A DNA stretch of 64,000 bases from Octopus sinensis (taxonomy: Eukaryota). The notes below the pieces were generated by a model that was given only the letters and a program-made list of their open reading frames with translations, did no database searches and was not told where the DNA came from. Shown in pieces: positions 36,216 to 50,123 of the stretch; positions within the stretch are counted from its first letter, which is position 1, and every line of letters starts with the position of its first letter. A program made the position numbers and the translations under genes. Location of the stretch: positions 61,442,001-61,506,000 of the forward strand of contig NC_043001.1 in the NCBI RefSeq assembly GCF_006345805.1, in the 5' to 3' direction.

Positions 36216-39200
36216 AATAACTAATATATAACATCATTAAATGTCTTTTCCAGGTGATGCTATTAAGTTAGACATGGTCTGGTTAAATTCTGGTCGAAAT
36301 TTATCTACGTATTAAGTACAAAGAGAAAACATAATTCTTTTCCTTCGAAGCCTACAGACACCATTATACTAAGAATAAGATGGAAATGGAGAGCGTAACT
36401 AACTAAAGAACTCAACTGACAAAAACTGATGGCTCGTTTAAGGAGGAAACATTTTAAAATTAATGGAATGATGTAGCAAAATTTCTAAACACAATTTATA
36501 AAATAACTCAAATCAGTGAAAATGAAAACCGCAAGTAAATTCGCCCGGCTCAGGTACAATTCCGATAATTTAATGCATCACCTGAAAACAACCCCAAAAG
36601 TAATAGCAACAATCATAACAGCGAAAATGATTTGCTAATCGCAAATATTTCAATAAGTATAAGTTGATCAGTAAATCCAATCGAAGGGAAAGGGTGAAAA
36701 TATTTGAAATGTATTTGGCAATGAACTAGCACAAAAGCAAATAAACAAAAGCATAACTGTTTCTCTTTAGTTTTATTTTCTCACCCGTTAGATCATTTTA
36801 AAATCATACTGATTCCAATCTAATTGTCCTTTTACAGGCCGAAGCCCATTTGTTTTTCACGATTGCTCCTGTCAGCATCTGCTTAAAAAGTTACCTAATC
36901 CTGTCTAAGTTAGCTAAGTCCTTGCTACTAAAAGACCCTACCAATTTATGGATCCGTATAACCAAACTCTTTGAATTGAGAATAAACTAGTTGAGAATGA
37001 CCTTGTTGCTCATGCTGTTGTTATTGAAATTGCTGTTGTTACTGCTGTTGTTGCTGCTATCATTGTTGCTGGTGATAACTACAGCTGTAGTGTTCTGCAG
37101 TGGAAGGTGTTGACTGTGATTGATACTTTCATTTTCAAAATTCCCTCTTGCTGACGAAATTCGGGGGAAATATATGTGAAAAATCTCTTTTGATGTGACA
37201 AAAATTTGTTCCTTTCAAAATTCACCTCGTGATGCGAGAGATTAAAACGTCGATTAAACCCTTATGATCATTCTCGACTTAATAACAAGATATAGAAATA
37301 AAATCAACAAATGCGACATCCTCAATAGGAAAACGACGCGCTTCCAAAACACGTACAAAACAATATACAAAAACCACTGCCAGCATACCAACAACAACAA
37401 CTGCTGGCTGGAATGGAAATTAAATTATATTCTGGGAAAATCACAACGTTACAAGAATGTTGCTAGCAATCTTGGATGTTTGATAAGTTGGCTACTTCTC
37501 ATATACTTAATATGATTACAGATACTTTAAAGGCATGTAAAGTATAACAACAGTTTGTACCCGGTTTCATAATTGATCTTCAAAATACAATATGCTCATT
37601 CTATTAGTATCTGAAGTATACCTGTAAATATCAAATATGTATGAATTTTTAAAAATAGAAAACTTTTTTTTTTAAATAAGATATTGCTATAAAAGTGATT
37701 ATGCGAATAAAATTAAGTCTTGGAGGATTTGGTATTAGCATGAATGCATTCTCTTCTATGACTATAATATATCAAACGGACAGTAAATATAGAAAAAACA
37801 GAAAGAATTTCCATGATTAATTTATTTTTAAAATGTAAGCAGAAAAAGAAAATAGTTTTTGATGTATTGTCTGACATGATGCCTAAAATATTCCTAATAA
37901 GCAGCAATCAATACTAAATGTACATCATGCAAGCCAGAAATATACATCGCATTGCTGTATTTGGTCTAATATTTTGCATATCTAGTTTCCATGTTGTCAG
38001 TTTATTATATAGAATATTTCTTGAAATCAATATTATTCCGTTTATTATGGAAACAAGCACTCTAATGATGCATCGTTGGTTGTTTGTCCAACATGAATGC
38101 CAAACTATAAGCATTGATTAATAATTATGTACTTTGAACATACAACAAATTAACTAACCCTTTGGGTACATTACAAACTTGGCTTCCTGCCAGTTATTAT
38201 CACACATCTGTATGAATGCAATGAGAGTCGCTGAAATAAAGGCATTTCATGATAATTAATAAATTACAGTACACTTAACAAGAAATAAAATATATATTTA
38301 TGAGAAGGCAAAGTTTATCATAGCGATATATTGATTTCAGTGTCATGTGGCAGTATGATATTATAATATTTTGGTTCAATGTTATAGAATGAGCATAATT
38401 ACTTAATACATAGCACCGTCCGCTATATTTCAACACCTATATTTTAACCATTAGTTTTCTTTTTGCTTTTAGCTGAGACGGATTTATAATGAAACTAGAC
38501 TACCCCTGACCCATTAGATCACCGGGAAACTCATTCTTCCAGCAACGGAGTTTTGTTTCATGGGGTTTTTTGGGGGGTTATTTTGCATGTTCTCAACGAA
38601 TGTGATTTCGAAATTACGTGTAAACGGCTCCTTTCCCAGGAAAAGGAAAGGTTTGGCTGCTATTTCTTGCTACCACATAACAGATATGTCGGATCCTTTA
38701 TTGCAAATAGCTGTTATGTGGCAGCAGAGCGTGCTAGAAATAGCAGCCAAATCTTTGGAGGTGAGATAACGTTGAATGCACTCGAAAAAAACCTAGGGAA
38801 AATACTATTTCACACCGAGGTTACGGAGTTCATGATATATGTGTTTATGTATGTATGTAGTATGTATGTATGTATGTATGTATGTATGCATGTATGTATG
38901 TATGTATTTCATTCTTAATGATCTGATACACACACACACACACACACACAAATATTAGACACAAAGTTTGTTAAGCATATTTGCCTTTGTTATTATTTAG
39001 TAAAATACGAATTTTCGAGTAACAGATTAGAAATATTTGTATTGTGATGACTAAAATACATGAAAAATACAATTATTTCCAATTGCAAATTGAAGAATAG
39101 AATACGATCAAACCGCATATATTTTAAACTGCATTCACTGATCAACGTTGGATGTGGTTACTGTATAGACAATCATAGCGTCAAAATCGTCTCATACTTT

Positions 39201-40552
39201 ATATTGTCATGTTGAAATATGATACATTATTTTATAACATTATCTGGTCAATTGTTTGAATATAAGTTTAGATGTTTATCAAATCAATACTCCGATAACA
39301 GCTCTGCTTGATCAATGCTCGTATGAAATTGATTAACAGCATTCTAGGATCGAGCAACAACAAACTCTTTTGTATCTTCACTTATCTCGATCAGACAATA
39401 ACATCTACCCATATTTTTCTATGCATTTTAAAAGTATTTCTTGATTATGGTATCGTTGTACTTTCCTGGAAATATTCGGGGCTCTGATGTGTCTTCGAAG
39501 GCGATACAGTATAACAGATACACTTGTAGACGCATAAAGTTGTATGCTATTGTGCACGAGAATGTGATTATGAGCGAGCGTAGGTGTTAGTGTCGTTGCT
39601 GCTGTACAGTAGTGATCACAATCTTTTTCACTCAATATTTTGTCACATACTAGTGCATTCAGCCGATAAATAAATTATAAACATCTTTCTTTCTTTATGA
39701 TACACTATCATGTACTTATACGATAAATGTTCTGTAGCCTCAACCTTGGTTGCATGTCACTGTTATATAGATAAATATATTACAATAGAAACAAACTTGC
39801 ACCGTTCTCTTCACTTCTAAATGTTAAACAAAATGAGTAGTTTCTTTGATAACTAGCTATAATATTCAATTAGATATAAAAAAAAACAAATACAAACAGA
39901 AACATAATGATTGTTTCCTAGTTAATGTCAGCGAGGAGAAAATAATCTGAAAACTGCTGCTAATATTTTTTTTTAAATATATGGGAAATAAGTTGTATGC
40001 TAATGGAAATGATATGCGAGTAAATGTTTCAAAATACACAAAAAGGTGTTTAATAATTTGAACAAAATATGAAACTTTTGCTACTTCAGAATCCATAATC
40101 CAGCTCATGTCATGTTATGTGAATTGCAATTTAAGATTCATTGGTATATGAAGAGATAGTAAGCTGATGTAATTGAACGTCAAAATTTATATTTCAAGTT
40201 GCACCATTTTACTATAGCGGTATTAGCACTTGAATGAAGAAATTAATGACGTCTAAATAAATGTTAAGACGGAATTTTACAATTCTCAATTTAAATGATT
40301 TAAAAGCTCAGAGAAAAAGTAAATTCCTATAAACGTAAAAGTAAATTCCTATATACGCCAATGTGATGTTTAGCATCTTGATTCCAGGAGATAGCTTGTT
40401 AGAAATTGCTGGACCTGCAACATTAGGAACACAAAATCTACGATAAATCAAACCATGATTCTTTACATATATTTAGTTTTATATAGTAAAATTTAACCAT
40501 ATAGACACTGGTCCGACTAAATGTATGTTATATGCTCCTGTTAACATATTTT

Positions 40553-40766
40553 AGGGCGGCAAGCTGGCAGAATCGTTAGAAAGCTCGACAAAACGCTTGG
40601 CGACATTTCTTCCAGTTTTACGTTTTGAGTTCTTATAGTTCCCAGGTTAACTTTATATTTTATTTCCGGTTCGACAAAATAATTACCAGTTGAATATTGG
40701 AGACAATAAAATCGACTTACCACTCCTCTCAAAGATACTGGACTTATGAAATTAAAAAGAATCATC
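40553..40766 (+). mobile_element. SINE, same family as 31077, with 12-bp TSD
   Basis: TSD TTAACATATTTT at 40541-40552 and 40767-40778. Confidence 0.8.
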
Positions 40767-42403
40767 TTAACATATTTTGCTAATATCAACCGGTATTTGA
40801 GGTCGCAATAAGCAACAGATCTTATTAAAACAATTGTTCGTTTGAGAGGATATCAGTTTTATTACAAAGTGAAATATTACTACAGTTTTTGATTACGGAT
40901 TTATATACAGCATTGCCAGCAGAGCAAAATTTGCCTCAACTTGCTAGATAGTTGTTGTTATGAGAAATGTGCTTAAAAGCTGTCAATGGAGAACAGTAAA
41001 ATATTTGCGTGCGAATCCCAAGCTGACTTTTTTACTCACTTTTTTTACTTCCTCTCACTTTTTTACTAACTATTTTTACTTCCTCTCACTTAACTTTCCC
41101 TCGCATCTTTTTATCCAACACTGCAGCCACATGGAACTTCAGATGAAACATATTTCCTTTTAAAATACCTCCGGGCTGGGGCCTGACAGAACAACTAAAT
41201 TTTTATTTCATAATTAGTGCTAAACTTTGGATTTACATCTCTCAACTTACTTTTCATTCAAATAGTTATACATAAAGAATTTTATATATTCAATTTTGTT
41301 GCAGAGAAGAGATCTTCATGAGACTCAGTGATACGTAGTTTAGTACCACAATATATTGAATGCATGTAAATTCTTACAAAATACATAACACATAAATTTT
41401 ACACTATAGAAATTAACTTTTCATAACACACTGTTTCATTCAACTTGGTCGATCAACTTTGAAACATTGCAGAAAAATCAATATCATTCTCAAAATTAAT
41501 TTAGAAATACAAATATTTATTGTTTGGCGATATTTTGAGAGATATATTTTATTTCGAAATCTTTAATATCCATTACAGAATTTCACCAAACCTGAAAGTA
41601 AGATTTCATTTCAGGACAAGTATTAATTAAATTTAACATCGGTTTAATTTTTTTAATGCGCAACAGTGAATGATTAAATTAATAAATATTTCATTAATTT
41701 CGAACATTTTAACAGCATTCTTTTTGCATTATATAAATACTTGGTGTATTATTTTGGTATTTAATTATGTCTAACATTAAAAATAATGAAAAGGTTAAAT
41801 AGTGATTTATTGACTAATCTAATACTGCCTAAAATTTAGGTATTCCTATTATGTGAAGAATGTTTATACAAAGTAAAGAAAATATATCTATTTAGTTAGA
41901 TACTTCTTAGCAACTTTAGGCCTATTTTCCACAAATTGGAGCAATCCATTTCAAGAGAACAGAAACATGTATACCAAAGTAGTGATACATATTTGAGAGC
42001 GTCGAAATTACGTACATTGCATGTACAATTTGAGATAGATTTATCTTGTGAGATTCAAATTCACAGAATATTAAGCAGAATGAGATGTTTATATTTTGTT
42101 TAAATATTGTGTTATTTTATATTTTTTAATTTATTATTATTATTATTTTGTCTATAGAACTGGAAGTTCTGTACGTAACACAAACTAAGAATGTTTATAT
42201 TTCATGTAGATTTTACTTCTGTTGCCATAAAAAGGCAACATGTAATAAAGGCACATCTGAAATCCAAGAAGCATTATTTCCCGCTACCTCAGCCTGCGGC
42301 GGAAAGCTTACCATCATCAGGTTAGCTGCTTCCACAGAGTTCAATCTTTAGCAAGAGCATTCAGGGAATCTCTGTCAAGACCTGTCTATACTGTTACCTT
42401 TCC

Positions 42404-42545
42404 AGGAGTGGCTGTGGTAAGTTTGCCTCCCAATCACATGGTTTGGTATTCAGTCCCACTCCATGGCATCTTGGACAAGTGTCTTCTTATACAGCCTCGG
42501 GCTGACCAAAGCCGTGGGAGTGAATTTGATAGACGGACATAGAAA
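42404..42545 (+). mobile_element. SINE 5' half (family of 55608-56033)
   Basis: CAGGAGTGGCTGTGGTAAG...CAAGTGTCTTC...GCCTCGGGCTGACCAAAGCC. Confidence 0.75.
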
Positions 42546-42549
42546 GGTG

Positions 42550-43990
42550 GAAAGGATGTCTGCAATAACTTTTGTGACATCTGTCTGTTAGCTCTGGTTG
42601 GGAAAGTCCTTTGTAGGCCAATGCTGGATAGATTGTTTCTGCACATTACTGAAGAGATTCTACCAGAATCACGTGGGTTTAAAGGTGGTACGAGTACCAT
42701 AGATGTGATATTTTCAGCTAGACAGTTACAAGAGAAGTGCATCGAACAGGATATTGACTTATATGAAGGTTTTATTGATCTGATGAAAGCGTTTGATTTT
42801 GGGAGATCAAAAAAAGTTGAGCTACCCTGAAAATTTGTAAGAATGCTTAGATAATTTCATGACGAGGTTGATGTAAGTGGTAATGCTGGAGGCACCTTGT
42901 CAGATCCGGTTTCTGTAGAAAATGCTGCAAAACAGGGTAGTATTCCCGTTCTTACCTTGTTTGCTCTGTATTTTACAATAGTCTTTCAAACAGCCTTCGA
43001 CGATTATGCTGTAGAAGTCTATATAAGATGTAGGGTAGTGAGAAAACTTTTAAACTCAAAAGACTTTGTACCAAAACGGAGGTTCTTCATTCTCATATCA
43101 CTGAGTTCTTGTATGCTGATGATTGTGACCTGTTAACACATTCCCAAGAAGATATACAGCACATGGTGAATGCGATTTCTGTAACATATACAACATTGGG
43201 CCGATTCTACTGTACCAATCTACCCCCTCTAAACTTTATATGGAACCTTCTGTGACTGTGTATGGACAGACGTTGTAACTAAATTCATTTATCTAAGAAG
43301 TACTTTGAGCACTACTGGTCTTGATGATGAAATTTCATATAAAAGCAACAAGGCTAGTAGTGCCTTTGGTAGGCTTGGCAAGCGTCTCTGGTCACGTCAT
43401 GGTATATCTTTCGAAAAAAGTTAGATCTTGTAGCACATGTATTCTGCCATCGTTGCTCTATGGAAGTGAAACATGGGTTGTTTATTGTAGGCATTTAAGG
43501 CATTTGGAATGATATCATCAATATTGTCTTCGGGAAATTCGTGGGATAAATTAGAAAATGGCGATCAGTGATGTGGAAGCACTTGAGAAAAGTGGTGTTC
43601 TTTGGGGCGAGGTGGACATCTGGTGAGAACGGATGTTGAAAGACTTCCTCAGCAACTTTTGGATAGTGAGCTGGAAGACGGTAGGAGTCCAGTACATAAG
43701 CCCAAAATGAGGTTTAAGTCTGCTTCAGAATTGCTCTAACACAGAAATGAGTTTCAGTTGTTGATTAGGAGAGAAAGGCATAAGATCAAAATGGATAGAG
43801 AAAAAGAGTGTGCAGTGGTGTTCGATGTTTGAAATAGAGAATGAAGCACGAGAGAATCAAGGTTTAGAAAGAATGAACCTGTGGAAAATGAGGGAGTGTT
43901 GCTATTTTATGTGTGTGATTTGTGGGAGGAAATGCTTGAGTCATGCAGGTGTTGCCAGCCTTCAGAGAATTTACAGGAATCAACTCCTTG
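42550..43990 (+). mobile_element. Degenerate RTE-clade LINE (RT to C-terminal zinc finger)
   Basis: STIDVIFSARQLQEKCIEQ, FIDLMKAFD, KQG, YADDC, LLYGSETW, CVICGRKC; many disruptions. Confidence 0.85.
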
Positions 43991-44018
43991 TAAATTGTAA
44001 TACGGCTTTTGCTCACAC

Positions 44019-44768
44019 CTATAATTAATCCATAGGCTGGGATTTCGTTATTTTCTTTCTTTTTACCATATACGCGTTACAAATTCTGTTTGTTTGTGGA
44101 GACTTTTTTATTAGTAGGAGAAATAGTGATCAATTTGGCTGCTATTTCTAATATTTTCGGTATGTGGTTTTGAGCAACTTGTTGCAATTAACCCTTTTAT
44201 TATAATTAATATAATTCTTACCAAATATGGTCTTTTCCATACCGATAAATCTACTAGGTGAAATTTATTAATTTTATTAAATTAATTATATTTCACCCGT
44301 TTTTGTATATTGAATACTATTGCTCCCTTACAAGAAATCTACGAAACTTCGTTTCGTTGGTAATGTTTTTGTAACTCACGTGGTAATTTTGGAGGGAGAT
44401 ACGAATTCGCATGTCTATATAAATGTAGGGATGCTAACAGTCCGTTAGATCGTTCGATGTCGCTGGTCAAGCCGGTGTAATGGGTGAGTTTTTTTCCGTA
44501 GCATTTCTAGATTTATAGGAAATATTATATTGACAAGGAAATGAGCCTTCGGTTCTAATCCAGAAATGATTCGTCTATAATTAATCCATAGGCTGGGATT
44601 TCGTTATTTTCTTTTTTTTTTTTTACCATTTACGGGTTACAAATTCTGTTTGTTTGTGGAGACTTTTTTTATTAGTAGGAGAAATAGTGATCAATTTGGC
44701 TGCTATTTCTAATATTTTCGGTATGTGGTTTTGAGCAACTTGCTGCAATTAACCCTTTATTATTAATT
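44019..44768. repeat. Pair of ~190-bp direct repeats (44019-44210 and 44575-44768)
   Basis: CTATAATTAATCCATAGGCTGGG...GCAATTAACCCTTT occurs twice with few differences. Confidence 0.9.
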
Positions 44769-44969
44769 ATATATATATAATATATATATATAACGTGTAA
44801 AGTTAATAAAAGAAAATAAAGAAATATAGTGGATACTTGGTTAATTTTATTTGTATCACGATGAAAAAAAGTAATACATAAAAGATTCACGATGTAAAGG
44901 AAGCGAATCAACAAAAGAAATAAACATAAAAGAATATTAATTTTCGTGCTGTAAGTATGATATTAATTT

Positions 44970-47145
44970 CACTGTGCAACAAATTTCAGGTTCAAAAAAA
45001 GTACAAGTTAAGTAAGATTTGTTTCTGGGTCAAAAAATTGTCCGTATTCTGATTCTGACATTTATTTCTCCTGATTAGGCACCGTTTTCCTGTACCATGA
45101 ACCATATTTTTTATAATATACTGCATAGTATTGCGTATTGAACACAACATTGTAAATACTGAAAGTTACAGAAAACAAAGCAAAAAATTTAGTTGGTAAA
45201 ACAAAACATATAATGGTTATGAATTAAAAACACACCTGTCAGTTTAAACAACTTTTTCCCCTCTAAGCCTCTTGTGCGGAGTGTGATCTTCTGTTTTTTC
45301 ATACCCCAGCAGTAGTCTGCCAACATGCCAGGGTTCCATTTTCCTTTGAATCGTCACTCTATCACTGAAATATCCTGATGGAATCTTTCGCCATGTTCAT
45401 CACTCACATCACCAAGACTTTCCGGAAAAAATTCAAATAAGAGTGAAGCACATAAACTTTTAGAGACATGTTACATCCCATATCATGATAAAGACTTAGC
45501 AGATCATTCACAACTTGCACATGGTCTTCTGAATGATGGTTGCTCTGGACGTTATTGCAAACTTTCTTGAATGACTCAAAGGCAAGCTTCTCTTTTCTCT
45601 TGAGATGTGTGATGAAGGTTTCATCAAGTACAATTTTTCGAATTTGGGGACCTATGAAGATACCTTTCATTTTAGCTTGACTCAGGAAAGGGAACTTTTC
45701 TACAAAATATGCAAATGCGGGGGATTCCTTGTCCAAGGCTTTAACAAATTGCTTAAACAAACCAAGTTTAATATGCAAAGGTGGTAAAAGAATTCTATCA
45801 CTTTTCACAAGTGGTTTGTGCATGATATTGTTTTCCTTATTCAATTTCATCGGCCAATCCTTGCGAACATAATGTTCAGCTCTTGCTCTGGAATTCCATA
45901 AGCACAGGAAGCAGCATAATTCAGTATAGCCAAGCTGAAGGCCAGTGAACATGACCACAACCTTAAAATCTGCACAAATATGCCAGGTACGGTCATCATA
46001 CTGTGTGCTTGTTAGAATTGCTTTCAGATTTTCATATGATTCTTTCATGGGTGTGCTGTAAACTATGGGAACAGAAAGCAGAATGTTACCATTGTGTAGC
46101 AGAACAACTTTGATGCTGCCTTTGGATGCATCTATGAAAAGTCGCCAGTTGGTTTTATCATATGTTATTTCCAGTTGCTCAAAAAGTTCAGTGATATCAT
46201 TACAAAAGCATAAGTCATCCTTCATGGCGAATAATGCAAGCAGATCCTCTGTACGTTTTCTGTACAATGTTATCTTCAATCCTTTCTCAAGAAGATTACG
46301 TTCTTGAAGCCTTGATGCCAGAAACCCACTTTTCCCTGGTTAAATTGAGATCCCTGCACAAGTCATTTAGAGCCTTTTGAGAAAATGGTATTGATTTATT
46401 CTCACTTTCTGGATCATTGGGCTCCACACATTCACCACTGGAATGTTCATCAGCACTGCTGGGACTCTGTATTTCTTGATCTGGAGATTTGGGCACAGGT
46501 AAATTTTCTCAGTGCTCTACATGGCGCATTGCTGATTTCAAATTTGGGTAAACAATGTGTTTCTTTTTCTTTGCTGTACTGCAGCCTGTAAAGTCATGCT
46601 GACAGAAATACCAATCATTAGAGTGCTCTTTCTGCTCAGACCAAATCATTGGCACACCAAACTTCATGTGAACATTTTCCTGCAAACCAGGCACTCAATG
46701 TCTTCACGCATGTAAGGCAGCACACATGAGGAGCCCATGACTTATCCTGGTCTCCTAAGTAACAATCGAAGTACACCTCGTATATTTTCTTGATATGGCA
46801 TGTAATACTGCGCTTTTCTTAAGCAAAAGTCAATTCCCCCCAGATATAACAGAATCTGTTTGGATCATTTTTGCCCTGTCTTGCACTCATTGTTGAAAAC
46901 AAATAAGATCTGAAAGATAAAAAATAACATTAAACACAAGCTTTGAATCACGTTGTAGGTGTTACTAAGATTGGTCTCTAGCCCTGGGTTGAAAACCATT
47001 TTACAATGCGGTAGAAAATTTTATTTAATAATAATGACAAAAAGAGTATACAGTGACAAATCTGTAGAAACCATGGATTTCCCATGTCATTTTGCATATA
47101 AAAATGACCACAGATCTCTTGTACTTTTTTGAGTGTTGCACAGTG
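44970..47145 (-). mobile_element. Chapaev3-like (CMC superfamily) DNA transposon, both ends present
   Basis: TIRs CACTGTGCAAC...TCAAAAAA(A)GTACAAG at both ends, TTT on both flanks (3-bp TSD), and an internal transposase. Confidence 0.8.
45260..46890 (-). pseudogene. Chapaev3-type transposase pseudogene
   Basis: FCYIWGE, GDQDKSWAPH, FGVPMIW..HSNDWYFC, WRLFIDAS, CCFLCLWNSRA, LPPLHIKLGLFKQFVKALD, GPQIR, GCNMSLK, SDEHGERFHQDI, MLADYCW; stops and frameshifts present. Confidence 0.85.
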
Positions 47146-47299
47146 TTTCTTGGCGAGACAAGTTAGTTTGACACATAGCAATGATGAGGTCACTATTTAA
47201 TGTTAGGGAGTTTACTGAAGATTAATAATCATTTATATCTACCTGTATAAATCTATGCCTACCTTTATTATCAATTGTATTAAGCCAATTGATAATATC

Positions 47300-47900
47300 T
47301 TGTGAACTAGACCAGAGGTGTAATCTTAATTTATTCTTAAGTTGGAGTATATATCTATCTAAAATTAATTTACTTAATTTACCTATGTCTGATTTTCCTG
47401 GGCAAAGTAATTTAACTTTAGGATAAGTAAAGAAATTAGGTATATGGTCCTTAAGGGATATTCTAGGTCATAAAGGGATTAAAGGTTCAGTCAAATCATC
47501 AATATTATATTTTGTCATTATTTTTTTACACTCAAATTTAATATTTTAAAGTTTGTTTATATTTGCTACTTTATATTTTTTGTAATTTCCTTCTGAATAA
47601 GATCATGGTATAAATCAATGTTCATATTGGACAGATTTCAAGTCTTGCCGGAGGTAACCAATATTCCTTCTTTAGATTTCAGTTCTAAGATAATGTTCTT
47701 TAATTTCCCCATGTGCTGATTTCTAAATGGGTGCTTCACAAATGTAATGTTCTATATTGCATTCCAAATATGAGCTTCGAAGGAATCAAGATCTCTTTTA
47801 TGCGGCGGATGTTTCCTTGATTTGAAATGCTTTCTAACCTATTCTGTTTCTATATTTTCATGTTTGTTCAAATAAGGTTTCTCCTCATGTGTTAAGTCGT
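47300..47900 (-). mobile_element. Very degenerate PLE N-terminal fragment (same type as 52790-54970)
   Basis: Minus strand reads HFKSRKHPPHKRDLDSFEAHIW...ILVTSGKT*NL. Confidence 0.45.
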
Positions 47901-48106
47901 GGCAGTAAGCTTTTTTCATCGTGATACAAATAAAATTAACCAAGTATAACCTTTTTTCTTTTATTGACATTACATATTATTAGACAGTTTATCCATATAT
48001 ATTCCGTAACTTTCTTTCAATAGATTTGATGAGACCAGTTGATATCCGGATTTATAAGAAGTCACTTACGAGGAAATTACAGCCTCAAAACCGATGTGTG
48101 TGTATA

Positions 48107-48185
<79 letters not shown>

Positions 48186-48218
48186 CGTGTGTGTGTGTGT
48201 GTATGTATGTATGTATAT

Positions 48219-48269
<51 letters not shown>

Positions 48270-48270
48270 G

Positions 48271-49089
48271 CGTGGTCTGATCAATAAGTATCTGGACTGT
48301 TGCCATAGTAGAGTAAAACTACTTAGCTCAAATGGACCATAACTTCTGCTGTGCATGTGTACTGTTTTAACGTTCTAGCTCACTTCTACCGTTTACAGTA
48401 GTACTTCGAAGTAAAGTGTGTAACGTGTGATCGTCGCATTGACCATGACAGATATCTGTCATGGCGATATCTGTTCAGAGGCCTACGCAATCTTGCAGAA
48501 GGTGTATGGAAAGAAGTGCATATGCCGCACACAAGTGTACAAATGTTTCAAACGTTTGCGAGATGGCCGAAAAAAATGTCGATATTGACGAACTTTCTGG
48601 GAGACCTGCAACCAGCAGAACTGAGAAAAAAATCGCAGATATGCATGCAGCTGTGAAGGGAAATCGTCGAATCACCATCCGTGAGTTATCAGGATGTGTA
48701 GATTAGTTACGGTTCCGTTCAGTCCATTATCACTGAAGATATGGATATGAGACACCTAAACTGCTTTCAGCTGACCAAAAAGACACTCGGGTTCAGTTGC
48801 ACAAAATCTCCTTGATTGTGTCGAGAACGATGAAAACTTTTCGAAACTTGTCGAAAACTTTGCATCCGGCAAAATTTGATGAAGATTCTTTACTTAAATT
48901 TCTGTCATGGTCAGTGCGACGAACGTTCATTGCAAGCATTGCTGTAAATAGCGGAAGTGCGATAGAACGTTAAGCCTTAGTGCGCATGCACAGCAGATTT
49001 GAAGGTCAATCTGTGCCAAGCCGCTTTACTCTGCATGCTTTAGCTTCGTTATTAGGGCAACAGTCCAGATACTTATTGATTAGACCACA
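48271..49089 (+). mobile_element. Non-autonomous mariner derivative with long imperfect inverted repeats
   Basis: TIR GTGGTCTGATCAATAAGTATCTGGACTGTTGCC with its complement at 49056-49089; internal HTH remnant SGRPATSRTEKKI...NRRITIRELS. Confidence 0.85.
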
Positions 49090-49099
49090 TTTATGCATG

Positions 49100-49700
49100 T
49101 ATGAAAGGTCCATACGCTGATCAAGATACTCTGATGGAATGTGACCAAAAGAGGTTGAATTTTCAACATAATCCCCTTTGCAGTCCACACACTTCTTCCA
49201 ACGGTGTTGCAGTGCTTCTATCCCAATAGTGAAAAAGCTTTCATTCTGTTACTCAAAAATCCATCAACAGCACTTATAGTGTTTCCATCACTACGATAGT
49301 GGTTCCCAATCCAGTGATTTTTCTACTTGGAGAACAGATGATAAGAAAAATGGAGCAAAATCAGGAGAATGTTAATGAGTCAGTTAAAAACCAGTCACGC
49401 ACAGCAGCCACTGAAATCAAAGACTTGTGGGCTGGAGCATTGTCGTGATAAAGCAAGAGCCCTTTCTTTTTGTTTCCCTATAACGTATATAAATTGTATA
49501 CAATTTAAATAAGTCTTGATAGCCTTCGTAACTGCCTCGGTAAATTAGCATTGTACTCCCTATTGATGATGTGGCTGTTTTGAAGATGGTCAATAAACAC
49601 AATGCATTTTACACCCCGAAAGGCTGAAGCCATCAGCTTTCCAGCAGATGAAACTAAACTGGCCTCTTTTGGAGTAAGTGAGGAAAGATGTTTACACTGC
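49100..49700 (-). mobile_element. Mariner transposase fragments (3' end and catalytic region)
   Basis: Minus strand reads ALQHRWKKCVDCKGDYVE, HDNAPAH and SAGKLMASAF. Confidence 0.7.
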
Positions 49701-49726
49701 ATTGATTTATATATATATATATACAT

Positions 49727-50043
49727 TGGTTACAGCGTCGAGCTTACGATCGTGAAGTTATGAGTTCGAATCCCGGACCGGGCTGCGCGTTGTGTTCTTG
49801 AGCAAGACGCTTTATTTCACGTTGCTCCAGTTAACGCAGCTGTAGAAATGAGCTGCAATGTCACAGGTGCCAAGCTGTATCGCCCTTTGCCTTTCCCTTG
49901 GATAACACTGGTGGCGTGGAGAGGCGAGGCCGGTATGCATGGGCGACTGGTGGTCTTGCATAAAACAACCTTGCCTGGACTTGTGCCTGGGAGGGTAACT
50001 TTGTAGGTGCAATCCCATGGTCAGTCATGACCGAAGGGGGTCG
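49727..50043 (+). mobile_element. tRNA-derived SINE
   Basis: B-box GTTCGAATCCC followed by a GTGTTCTTGAGCAAGAC central domain; embedded in (TA)n. Confidence 0.8.
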
Positions 50044-50056
50044 CAGCATATATATG

Positions 50057-50123
<67 letters not shown>

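Noticed and set aside
49727-49790. tRNA gene
   Set aside because: A B-box is present but there is no full cloverleaf, and the sequence continues into a SINE body.
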